A DNA stretch of 64,000 nucleotides from Octopus vulgaris. Lineage: Eukaryota. The DNA is taken from the NCBI GenBank assembly GCA_951406725.2, contig OX597815.1, positions 147,932,001 through 147,996,000 of the forward strand. Direction: 5' to 3'. Positions within the stretch are counted from its first letter, which is position 1, and each line of letters opens with the position of its first letter. Of this stretch, positions 26,600 through 37,910 are shown one piece after another. A program made the translations under genes and the position numbers. The notes beneath the pieces are model-generated. The model was not told where the DNA came from, searched no databases, and was given only the letters and a program-made list of their open reading frames with translations.

Positions 26600-27930
26600 A
26601 ATTAATGAAGTTTTCCATAGACGAAAAAGGAGGGCCTACCAATTCGAAAGTACATTCAAGGCAAAATATGAAATTAGAAACAAGGAGGCTAAGATAATAC
26701 AAAAATATTTTTAAATAAGAAAATTCCCACAACTTGAATGTCTTCTGGAACATTACGACGAAATTCTGTGGAATACAGTGAAAACTGTTAAATTTGTTAA
26801 GCACCCTCTTAGGAATGCACATTGGGGAAATTATAATCCTTAATTTCAGCACCGTAAACAAAAACGGTATTATAATTCACTGGGACAAAACTGAAAATAT
26901 TTCCATTTAAAAAATTACAAAATTTCATGAACTACTTACAAAGCAAACCAGTATGAAATATAAAGTATTTAATAACAATATATGATGTTCGATCAATCGT
27001 CAATGTAAAAAAATTATGTCGAATTATTCTATAAATGGTAGGAGAGAACCATTCATTCCATTGAGGGAGAGAATCACATTGAAGGACCATAAATTAGATT
27101 TTGAAATTGACCACAAGGTGAGATTAATTTGCTCAAGAAAATCACACGCAGGGAAAGTAAGCAAATTTATTATTTACAAATATATACCTGTATTGAAGAA
27201 CAAATATCAAATTGGAACTTTGGTTTAATACACAGGGGGTAATAAGTTGCTTCAATAATATTGAAAACAAGAATAAATATAAATTCTTGCAAGTTCATAT
27301 TAATGATTATTATACGTCCATTAACCCAATAATCTTAATAACGCACCTCGATTCGCTAGGTAAGACACAAAAATGAGTATAAATGAAATAAATTTAATAT
27401 TAGCAGCTACAAAATCTTTTCTACATTTTGATAATAAATGTTGGGTTCAAAAAGATACCTATGACTGTTTTGACATGACAATGAGATCAGCCGATTTGGC
27501 GCAGGTGACAGATCATTTAGAAATATATATTTTATTTAATTTAAATAATGAATTTCCAGAAATAGGGGATGGTCTGTATAGAGGTGATACTATTTTTTTC
27601 ATCAAAAGGAAACTAGAAATATAGAAGAAAAAATTCCATCGTTATTTTAAAAGATTCGGACTATCTATTTCTATATAAAAACAGAAAAAACTCTTTCAAC
27701 TTCTTAGATGAAAATTTCAAACTTAATACAGGAAAACACACGCCTTACCGTAAACCTAATTCTAAATTAAATTACATTAACTTTAAAATTAATCATCCAA
27801 AGTGACTAATTAATTACTTCAAATATTGAAAAAAAATTACCTTTAATCTAATGTGGATATTTCAAACAAAAATAATACTTACTATACCAATGCACCTGCA
27901 AAAGCAGGATAATAACATATAATCAAATAT
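26600..27930 (+). pseudogene. Penelope-like element reverse transcriptase, decayed
   Basis: ITLKDHK.DF...KVRLI...KS..GKVSK; NDYYTSI (FYPSI-like); FDMTMRSAD.A.V....IYIL; GLYRGD (YRDD-like); PYRKPN..LNYI....NHP. Disrupted by stops and frameshifts. Confidence 0.85.
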
Positions 27931-28516
27931 AACAGAGCTATTGTAAATATCGTATGAAATGATTCACATGATAGAACACATAGTAATACAAATAAGTACG
28001 ATAAAAGGACTAAAACTAAAATTAAGAATGTAAATGATGTAGCTAGAAGTGAAAGAGATAGAAATGTCGTAAATATGGACAACGCAAATCATAAAATTAA
28101 TATTCACAATTATAATGCTACTGTTCAGTATAACTGGAAATTCAGAAAAACTGACAGAAATGGAAATTATAGTAATCACATAAATGAGACTAAACAATAT
28201 ACCTTGTGTATATTCCACTAAAACAAACACTTGCAATTACTATATCCCAAATTCTGATACGGATAATACCACATGGCAGTAGTACTACTATAATTCTATA
28301 TAGCCACGAAATATAAAACTAATCCATCTTTAAATAATGAATTTATTGATAACAATCTTGACTAACTTTAATTAATATTACAAAATGGATTATATTTATT
28401 TTATATTATTTTTATTTTATACTAATGTAACTTTAAATATGTATTATATCTAATTATAATAACCGTATAATTTGACATACACACACATACAATAGATATA
28501 CGTAAACAAACAAACA

Positions 28517-28578
<62 letters not shown>

Positions 28579-28668
28579 ACTATTAAGTAGAATCGTAAAT
28601 TCAACAGTCTTTGCATAATTCTAATTGAAATAATTAAAATAATCAATTGATCCTTTTGATAATTTCAT

Positions 28669-28710
<42 letters not shown>

Positions 28711-28711
28711 G

Positions 28712-28912
28712 TTAATAGTTATCGCCATACTAATATAGCAGTCTATAAATAAGACTAAAGCTGTCGCTTATTAGCTCCAAGAGGCCATCGTCTCGAGCTA
28801 GCTATATGACACACGAACCAACCTAGCTAATGGCGATGGCCTTTTGGAGCTAATCAGCGACAGCTTTAGTCTTATTTATAGACTGCCATATTAGTATGGC
28901 GATAACTATTAA
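28712..28912. repeat. ~200-bp fold-back (arms ~80-90 bp) at the start of an HHR-bearing element extending to ~29220
   Basis: TTAATAGTTATCGCCATACTAATAT..GGCCATCG pairs with CGATGGCC..ATATTAGTATGGCGATAACTATTAA. Confidence 0.92.
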
Positions 28913-29063
28913 TATCCAGTAACGCTGCCGTAATCTCCTTTAGAGAGACTTAGTAATTTTAATATTTCTATTATTGAAAACAAGTGGATCTATTCCACTG
29001 TAAGTAGGTAAATAAAATCTTCGAACAGACAGTCAGTAGCGACACCTGCTAGTTCTTACTGCG

Positions 29064-29104
29064 CTGCATTGATAAAGGGCGACAACTCTGAAACATGTCT
29101 GCAG
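29064..29104 (+). ncRNA. Minimal hammerhead motif with U3-A8 core
   Basis: CTGCA-TTGATAA-AGGG(cgacaa)CTCT-GAAAC-AT-GTC-TGCAG; perfect stem I, palindromic ACATGT stem III. Confidence 0.75.
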
Positions 29105-29831
29105 ATGTCTGACTAGCAAGGTGAAGCGGCTGACCTCCCCTGTTCGAAGGTTGTAATGGACGCAGTATGTCCCGGCTACGTCCGGGATTAAGTTAGGGTT
29201 ATTAAACTAATCAACTTCTTTATTTCAAACCAAACTAAGGAACATCGATGTCAAATTTGAGTGAAATCCCGTTGAAATTGGACAACTTTTGGCTGAAAAT
29301 GAGATGCAGACAACTTGATTGGGAAATTCTACGACGAATCGGTTTATTGATTTTTTCCACTCATTGATTTTCTTTTCATTTTTGGAGAATTTAGAGCATT
29401 TAAAGATGCTGGCATCAAGTTTGAACAAATTACATCAAATTTGGTAAATGTTATGGTTCAAAATGTAGTGTAGACAATTTTTATTGGGAAATGCTTTAAG
29501 TGATCACTTTATAGATATGTTTATCCTGATTAAATGAAAAACCCCATAAGGCATCCGTTTATTGATTTTTCCCCCCCATATAGGACTTAACCGAACACAA
29601 TATTGCTAATTCAAAAACATCTGCAGAATCAGTATCTCAACGGGTGAGCATTGGTTGGGACGTTTATCGGCATTGGTAATCAGGTTGCACATGCCAGCCC
29701 ATTGAAAATATCCCCCATCATCCAAATCCCTTTGTCCGTGGTTTTGGGAACCCTTCCAGTAAGGAAAATAGAATAGAACGCTCCTGTTCCTGTGTGTCAG
29801 AAGCGGTTATGTTCAGATCACAACTAAGTCC

Positions 29832-29868
<37 letters not shown>

Positions 29869-29879
29869 AGAATACACAC

Positions 29880-30191
29880 ACACACATACACACGGATACG
29901 TACGTATGTCTTGTATACATGTTTTTTGCTCGCATATATGTTTGTGTATGTGTGACTGAAGCCGTCACACATACATTCAACCTCTCTTTCTCTTTTTGTC
30001 TCTCAATCACTCACTAAAAAAGGAAATGAAAATATCTGTTATCTATCTCTCCTTCTGTTTTGTTAGTGTGTGTGAAGAGAGAGAGAGAGAGAGAGCGATA
30101 ACAGATTTTTTGAAATTTCGCTTTTTTGTAAGCGATTGACAAAGAGAGAGAGGAGGTTGTTATCTATGTATTTATGTTTAGATGGCTTCAG

Positions 30192-30228
<37 letters not shown>

Positions 30229-30290
30229 AACATGTACGCGTACAAAAAACATGTATGCAATAGGAGTACGTAAGTTTGTGTGTATATTTA
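29880..30290. repeat. Diverged ~400-bp inverted repeat
   Basis: TACATGTTTTTTG/CAAAAAACATGTA, GTGTGACTGAAGCC/GGCTTCAGTCACAC and ATCTGTTATC/GATAACAGAT nest symmetrically. Confidence 0.8.
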
Positions 30291-30610
30291 TGTGCTTGTG
30301 TGTGTATGTTATTGACAAAACACTTTTCTTCGATGGACAAAAGTCTTAAGAAAAACTTACTCATCGCTAAAAGGGGGACTTAACTCATGTTTGCTAACAA
30401 TGGTGGATTTTTCCGACTTCAAAATTGTTAAAAGTTTTGGTTGAAATTTTATTTTTACCGCTATTCGCTGGTGACTTAGAGAAAAAATACGTTGACGAAA
30501 ATACAGCTGGGATCATGACAAATGTCCTCCTAAAATTGGAGCGACATGCGTACTTTGTGAACATGCATACATTACATTCACGTACACACACACATTTCTG
30601 CTTTTATATA

Positions 30611-30690
<80 letters not shown>

Positions 30691-32162
30691 ACATTAATTT
30701 CGAAATAATATTAAATTATATAATATATATATAATTTACTATTAAGTAGTATCGTAAAATCAACAGTCTTTACATAATTCAAATTGAAATAATTAAAATA
30801 ATCAATTGATCCTTTTAATAGTTATATAATTGCATACACTTCTGTACAAATAATCCTGATGTTGCTTTAAGTAAACATAATTTAATGGCGTAATAATTAA
30901 CTAATCCATATTTGGCAGCCACGTAATACGCATTTTTTTGCTCTATAATGATCTATTAATAATTAATAATCTTACTTTAATTTTAATATTTTTGATTAAC
31001 TTTCATTAAAAGTATCAAAATATTCAAAATAATAATTATTGCCTCTATTCAATCTTTAAAAAAAATATCATGTATGTAATTATATTTTTCCTGCCTCTGC
31101 ACACACATGCATGATTATACACACGTATATAACAGAGATAACTATAGGCAAACAAATTTACGTACGCTATGTGTTTATGTGTGTATAAACAGATATATAC
31201 ATAATACACATTTTTAATGGTTATTGTATTTGAATTAATCTACACACACACACGGCCACACACTCATAGACACATAAAGAAAGCAATGTTATTCGATAGG
31301 ATTTCATAATGATAAATACATAGAAAATAATATACATTGATTATGTAAATCAATAGAAATTTACTTAGAAAAAAGAGGTTTTTTTTTTGCTTCACCTTAT
31401 ACAATATATTTATTTCGATTTTGGATTTGGTTAGCAAGATTCTTACTGCGAGTTCGTGTGTTGACTATTGAAAATGTTGCAAAACACAACGAAAATTTTA
31501 GAAAGCATAAATTAGTAAATGAGTGGAAACTTCACCGGTAACTATGTTAAATAATAGGGCACTAAAAGAGAATGACTCTCCCTACACACAACAATATCCT
31601 TTCATTTCTATTTTATTTCTATTTTTATGTTTTACCCTTACACTAGTTGTTTTGCGTTATTTTATTATCATTTTTAAATTTAAAAATTATTCTTTATGTC
31701 AATTTTATTATTTCTTATATCATTAGCATATACCTACATATAATGAATATATATTTCTCAACTTTCTCACTCTATCGATAAGATTCTATCCGGAAACATG
31801 TAACTATTTTCAAATATGCTCAAAGTCTGACAAGATTCTACCCAATATTTTTCAAAATGTTATTATATATTTATCACTGGATTTATATCAGTTTTAGAAT
31901 ATGAAATCTCTATAGATTGGACTGAATTGAAACGTACGTAGGTTTTTATTTTACTTTAGCTGGATTTTATCTTAACGTTATGTTAATAAATAAATTTTAC
32001 AGCATTTCCAATTCTCCATTCTTCTTCTTTAATCATATCTATACATATTATAATCCTATACATATCGAAAAGACATTTAACAACAGTGTTGGTGAAAGAA
32101 CCAATGAAATTTTGGATTTATTCATCTCTTATGTGGAAAAGATGTCCTCAATTTCTTATATT

Positions 32163-32375
32163 CTTTTACTTGTTTCAGTTATTTCACTGCAGCCATGCTG
32201 GATTACCGCATTTAGTCGAGCAAATCGACCCCAGAACTTATTCTTTGTAAGCTTAGTACTTATTCTATCGGTCTCTTTTGCCTAACCGCTAAGTTACGGG
32301 GACGTAAACACACCACCATCGGTTGTCAGCAATGTTGTGGAGACATACACAGACACACAAACACACAGGTACACA

Positions 32376-32406
<31 letters not shown>

Positions 32407-32567
32407 CATATATACGACGGGCTTCTTTCAGTTTCCGTCTACCAAATAAACTCACAAGTCTTTGGTCGGCCCGAGGCTATAGTAGAAGACACTTGCCCAA
32501 GATGCCACGCAGTGGGACTGAATCCGGAACCATGTGGTTGGTAAGCAAACTACTTACCACACAGCCG
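32163..32567 (-). mobile_element. SINE S1, full length
   Basis: Reverse complement of the 14973 copy. Confidence 0.9.
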
Positions 32568-33649
32568 CTTGACTAGCTAAATATGTATGTATATATATAT
32601 ATACTTTTTATGGTTTTCCTGTCTCTGTCATAGAATTACGGACGAGCTAGAACGCTGTCTTGGAGATTCTCGTCGATTAAATCCAACCCGGTAATTATTC
32701 CATTAGTAATGCACTCATAGAAAGGGAGCACAATTACATACACAGCAATGCGCGCACTCACACACACTATCTCTCTCTCTATCTGTCTCACACACACACC
32801 TGTATGTGTGCATGTGTAAATATGTGTATGTTTATTTGTTTGTCTATGCACATCTGAATTTCTATATTACTGACGTGGTTTGCAAAACTGGCAGCGTAAA
32901 TCTGGTATGGTTATGTGTATGTAGAAGACCATTTAAAATTAATATTTTGGAACGTCAAAATCATCTTCAAATTTACGTTGCTAATACACATATACCGTAA
33001 CTCAGTTGACACGATTTAGGATAATTGTTTTGTTCGTTCAAATACACCTGCTGTTTTATGGGAACCAATATTGTGAAATAAATTACACAGCCGCAACTTC
33101 AAATATTCGTACACATTTTTTCAGCTACCACACGACTTGTTTGAATACTTATAATGCCAAGTGTGTCGGTAAAATTCTTCGGAACTAGTAGTTTCAATAG
33201 ATGCCGTTCGTAGTTCACATGTTCATAGGAATTTTTAATTAAATTTTGAATTTAAGTTACGAATATCATGTGAAACATTCTATGTATTACCGATCATCCT
33301 CTTTGCTTAGGTTTTGATAATCCCATTGATTTCACTATGTGTTATGAGGCTTCCCTAAATTAATTTACGTAGGTCGTTTTCCTGCTTATGTAGTTTGAAA
33401 TTAATTTTTTCTTATATACATGTGATGTTTAGCTTTTGTAAACAACGTAACTGGCCCCGGTTATATCATTCTGGTTACCTTTTCGTTCTAATTCCAACTG
33501 AGTTAAACCTAGCGTTCATTCCCTATATGTATTTGAAATGATCTACCAATCAATTACTGTGTATGACAGTTGAGGCAAGCCGACTACCGTTCTCTCCCAA
33601 AAGTTGCTGAATATGTTTAGTTATTGTTCGTTTAAATATAGACTTCAAA

Positions 33650-33920
33650 TTTTGGCACAAGGCTAGAAATATCGAGGGGCCGCGTAAGTCGATTATATCG
33701 ACACCTGTGCTGGACTGGTACTTATCTTATCGACTCTGGAATGAGGAAAGCCAAATTCGATAGATAGATAGATAAATAGATAGATAGATAGATACATACA
33801 TACATACAGACATACAGACATACATACATTCATAAAAAATGTGATCTTCAATACTATCTTATAGAATATAAACGTGGACGAAACCCCGCTAAGCATTTTG
33901 CCCGGCACGGTAACGAGTTC
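33650..33920 (-). mobile_element. Degraded SINE S2 interrupted by (GATA)/(CATA)n
   Basis: GTCGATTATATCGAC..CTGGTACTTATCTTATCGAC..GCTAAGCATTTTGCCCGGCACG. Confidence 0.65.
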
Positions 33921-33954
33921 GACACCTCCCTGCATTTTGTATAGTTGAATATTA

Positions 33955-34360
33955 ATAGGTAATAAAGATAACTTAAATATAGAGATATTCTGTTGACAAT
34001 CCAATAATTCATTTATATTGTAATATCACATTAAATACTACGAATATGATATATAACATAACATAGTATTATATGAATAATAATAAAAACCATAAAAGGC
34101 CAGAAAATTATTTCGATGTATATATATATATATTTTTTTTTTTATATACATAATCAGAATTCCATTATATAGAAGTTACTTCAGAAAAAATATATAAGTC
34201 GAAATAATTTGTTGGCTTTTTAATGTATTTTTATTATTATTTATATAATATTATGTTTTGTTGTTTATTATATTCATATTATTTAATGTAATATTGTAAT
34301 ATAAATAAATGAATAGATTATCAATAGAATATCTGTATATTTAATTTATCTATATTATTG
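33955..34360. repeat. AT-rich diverged inverted repeat
   Basis: TTAAATATAGAGATATTCTGTTGA..AAATTATTTCGA pairs with TCGAAATAATTT..TCAATAGAATATCTGTATATTTAA. Confidence 0.75.
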
Positions 34361-35117
34361 AATTTTACCTATATTTATATTGTATCCAACTGATGTGCCA
34401 GTGAATTGGATGTTTAACACCATTTTGAAAGGTTTCTTTTCCTCAGTGTGTTACTTTATTGATAAGTAATAGTATAAGATATATAATTATATTTTCGTTG
34501 TTATTTAGCCACAGGGAATGGAAAAAAAACCAGTCGTATACTACATATGTTTCAAAATATTCGAGGAACCCACATTATGTGATTTGAAGCTGCCTCATAA
34601 ATGTTCAGTGTTTCTTCCCTTCGAGTACTTTTTAATTGTTTCTTATATGTCCAAAAACGAAAGGAATTCATGAAGAGAAACCGTAACAGTTGCTATATAT
34701 CAACAGTCACTAGTTTATGGTGTTAGAGGAGAAATGTGATTGATTACTTGATCAATTTATACCCCAATGCTTATCGACTGTTGAAATGAATGAAATGTGC
34801 ACAACCCTTCACAAAATTAGTTATCACATACTTAGCAACAGCCGCTGCTATGTCCAGGAGTTGTAGAGCAGCGGCCATCTTTTTGGAATTTCTATGTAAT
34901 TCAATATGGGACTAAATGTATTGGATACAGTGATCAAAAACACTTATTGATTGATTATCATGTAGTTTATATCATTTATACAAACCTTGTCAATGCTTGA
35001 GGTTACCCAAGTCGTCATACCAAGAGGGTATTGAAGATCACTTTTTTATGAAAGTATGTATGTATGTATGTATGTATATATGTATCTATCTATCTCTCTA
35101 TCTATATATATATATAT

Positions 35118-35240
35118 ATCACCGTGATCACCGTGACCGTCCAGGCTAACAGATGTTGCTACATATCGCTGGTCACAATGCGCTTCGCATTGTTTTAGCC
35201 TTCAAATGACACCACCCCGGTGGCTAAGCGAGCAGGCCAA
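35118..35240 (-). mobile_element. 3' fragment of SINE S3 tail b (or of its partner LINE)
   Basis: Reverse complement of ~24228-24346. Confidence 0.8.
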
Positions 35241-35411
35241 TATATATATATATATATAAATAAGGAGGAGATATATTGAATATTAATTTAACTAATATCA
35301 ATTTAAAACCAGTAGCCTAGCATACAAAAATCTGAAAAATCGGAGAGAATTCTAATGTATGTGTATATTTAAAGGGCTAAGAACCACTATGTGGTCAGCC
35401 ATATATATATA

Positions 35412-35473
<62 letters not shown>

Positions 35474-36149
35474 GTGTGTGTTTCTGTGTGTGTGTCGAAC
35501 TATCTGTCTGTTTCTATGTCTATTTATCTCTCCTTCCCCCTGTGTATGTTTGTGTATGCGTGTGTGTGTGCGTGAGTGAAATTACTCGGTGATCATCTTC
35601 TAAACGGATCAGTGACTGTGTGCTTCTGATACTTGTAAAATGTATTTCAATGTATTCTCGTTATCTATTTCACTAACAGTGTCAAGAACAATATAATCTA
35701 CAGCAGAATTGTTACTCAATTCTACTTCTACCTACATCGGAAATGCGACAAAATTTCGGATTTATTTCTTACGATATATTCAGTTATACTTTCTAAATCC
35801 ATGTTCTATTAATTGAAATTGTAATTCAGCCTGCGGCAATATTTTCCATTTACACATAGTGCCATTTTCGATTTAGAAATGTCATTAACTGTGAGTCGGG
35901 AATTCTAAAATTGCATATTTTCCTTTGTTAAATATAATTTGCCTTCTCTTTCCCATTTAATATATTTTCTTTTAATGTATTATTTGCTTTATCGCTCTTA
36001 AAATGTAATGTACTTTTAATACATTTAGTATAACATATTGACATACTTTATACATTTATCTATAGGACATTCAACAATAGTTTTATTCACTTTCAGAAAT
36101 AAAGTCGCAAATCTATAGCTATTTTTGTTGAAAAATATAATTTAACAAT

Positions 36150-36247
36150 AGGCGTAGGAATGGCTGTGTGGTAAGTAGCTTCCTTATGGTGTTCCAGCAT
36201 GGCCACAGTCAAACGACTGAAACAAGTAAATTAGTAAAAGTAAAAGT
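36150..36247 (+). mobile_element. Internally deleted SINE S1 (head fused to tail)
   Basis: GGCTGTGTGGTAAGTAGCTT joined directly to GGTGTTCCAGCATGGCCACAGTCAAACGACTGAAAC. Confidence 0.8.
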
Positions 36248-36776
36248 AATAGTGTATCATATTTGGTATAGGGTACGTTTTAAAATATTAAAGTACAACA
36301 ACATATTTAAATATATCAATTGAGTGAAGAACTAGAATAGATGAAATGAATTGTTGGTGTGTGTGTGGGGGTGGTGATGTGGTGGTGGAATACATGTTTG
36401 AGAGTGTGCTTAAAAATCACTCGGGACATGTACACCTCGACTAATACAAGTGAACATAAACAAGAAATGATTTACAATGTATGGTTAAAACAAAATATTT
36501 TTCAAGAATTTGACTTGAATAGATATTAAACATTTTTGTCTCTGGAACATACTATACGTTCAATATGATATTCTGTGAAATGGGTTGGCTTTGATTTCAT
36601 GGCGTTCTTTTCCCAGCTATTTTATTTAAAGTATCATTGATAATTTCTCAAACTATGATATGTATGGTACGTTCGTGGAATGCGGTATCAGTTATACGTC
36701 GTGAACAGATATTAAATACCAACAAAATACACAGCGTTAATATTTCTTAGTAACATTTTGAAGATATTTACACATA

Positions 36777-36945
36777 CTCTTTTATTTGTTTCAGTCATTT
36801 GACTGTGGCTATGCTGGAGCAACGCCTTTATTCGTGCAAATCGATCCCAGGACTTATTCTTTGGAAGCCTAGAACTTATTCTATCGGTCTCTTTTGCCGA
36901 ACCCCTATGTTACGATGTTGGGCAGACAAACACAGACACACAAAC

Positions 36946-36980
<35 letters not shown>

Positions 36981-37345
36981 CGATGTATATATATATATGA
37001 ATTATTGGATTGTCAACAGAATATCTCTATATTTAAGTTATCTTTATTAGCTACTAATATTCAACTATACAAAATGCAGGGAGGTGTCGAACTCGTTACC
37101 GTGCCAGGCAAAATGCTTAGCGGGGTTTCGTCCACTTTTATATTCTATAAGATAGTTTTGAAGATATATATATATATATACACCGGGCTTCTTTCATTTT
37201 CCGTCTACCAAATCCACTCACAAGGCTTTGGTCGGCCCGAGGCCATAGTAGAAGACACTTGCCCAATTTGCCATGCGACAGGACTGAACCCGGAACCATG
37301 TGGTTCGTAAGCAAGCTACTTAACACACAGCCACTTCTGCGCCTA
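36777..37345 (-). mobile_element. SINE S1 carrying a ~170-bp insertion
   Basis: S1 tail at 36777-36940 and head at 37183-37345, with the insert in the internal microsatellite. Confidence 0.85.
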
Positions 37346-37600
37346 TATGCACAAACAAAATGAAAATCGTGACGACGATATTAATTACACGCTTTAACAA
37401 ATCGTGCTGCTTGCATGAAAGCAAAAAAGAAACTGAATTAATTATTAAAAGACAGAAATCACAAGAACATATTTACATATTTGCAGTTCTCGAAAGGACA
37501 AACATGTTAAAAGAATTTAAAGAATTATTACTATTCTAGAGAATTATTAAAGTTATGTAGCATTATGGTTGCTGTAGAGCATGTCCTTATAATAATGATG

Positions 37601-37674
<74 letters not shown>

Positions 37675-37739
37675 TAGAATAATAATACGTATGAGAATTT
37701 GAGAAAAATTTTTGAATTTTAAGATGAACTCAGAATGGA

Positions 37740-37910
37740 AGGACGGGCAATATGCTTAGCGGCATTTCGCCCGTCCCTCCGTTCTGAGTTCAAATTCTGC
37801 CGAGAGCGGCTTTGACTTTTATCCTTTCAAGATTGATAAAATAAATACCAGTTGAACCCTAGGTAGCTACTTCCTTTGAAAGTGCTGGCCTTGTTCCAAG
37901 ATTTGAATCT
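37740..37910 (+). mobile_element. SINE S2
   Basis: GCTTAGCGGCATTTCG..GTTCTGAGTTCAAATTCTGCCGAG. Confidence 0.75.

Noticed and set aside
33693-37310. Twin ORFs MDCQQNISIFKL.. as paralogous genes
   Set aside because: Product of a non-coding local duplication overlapping SINE sequence; TTG/GTG-type starts.
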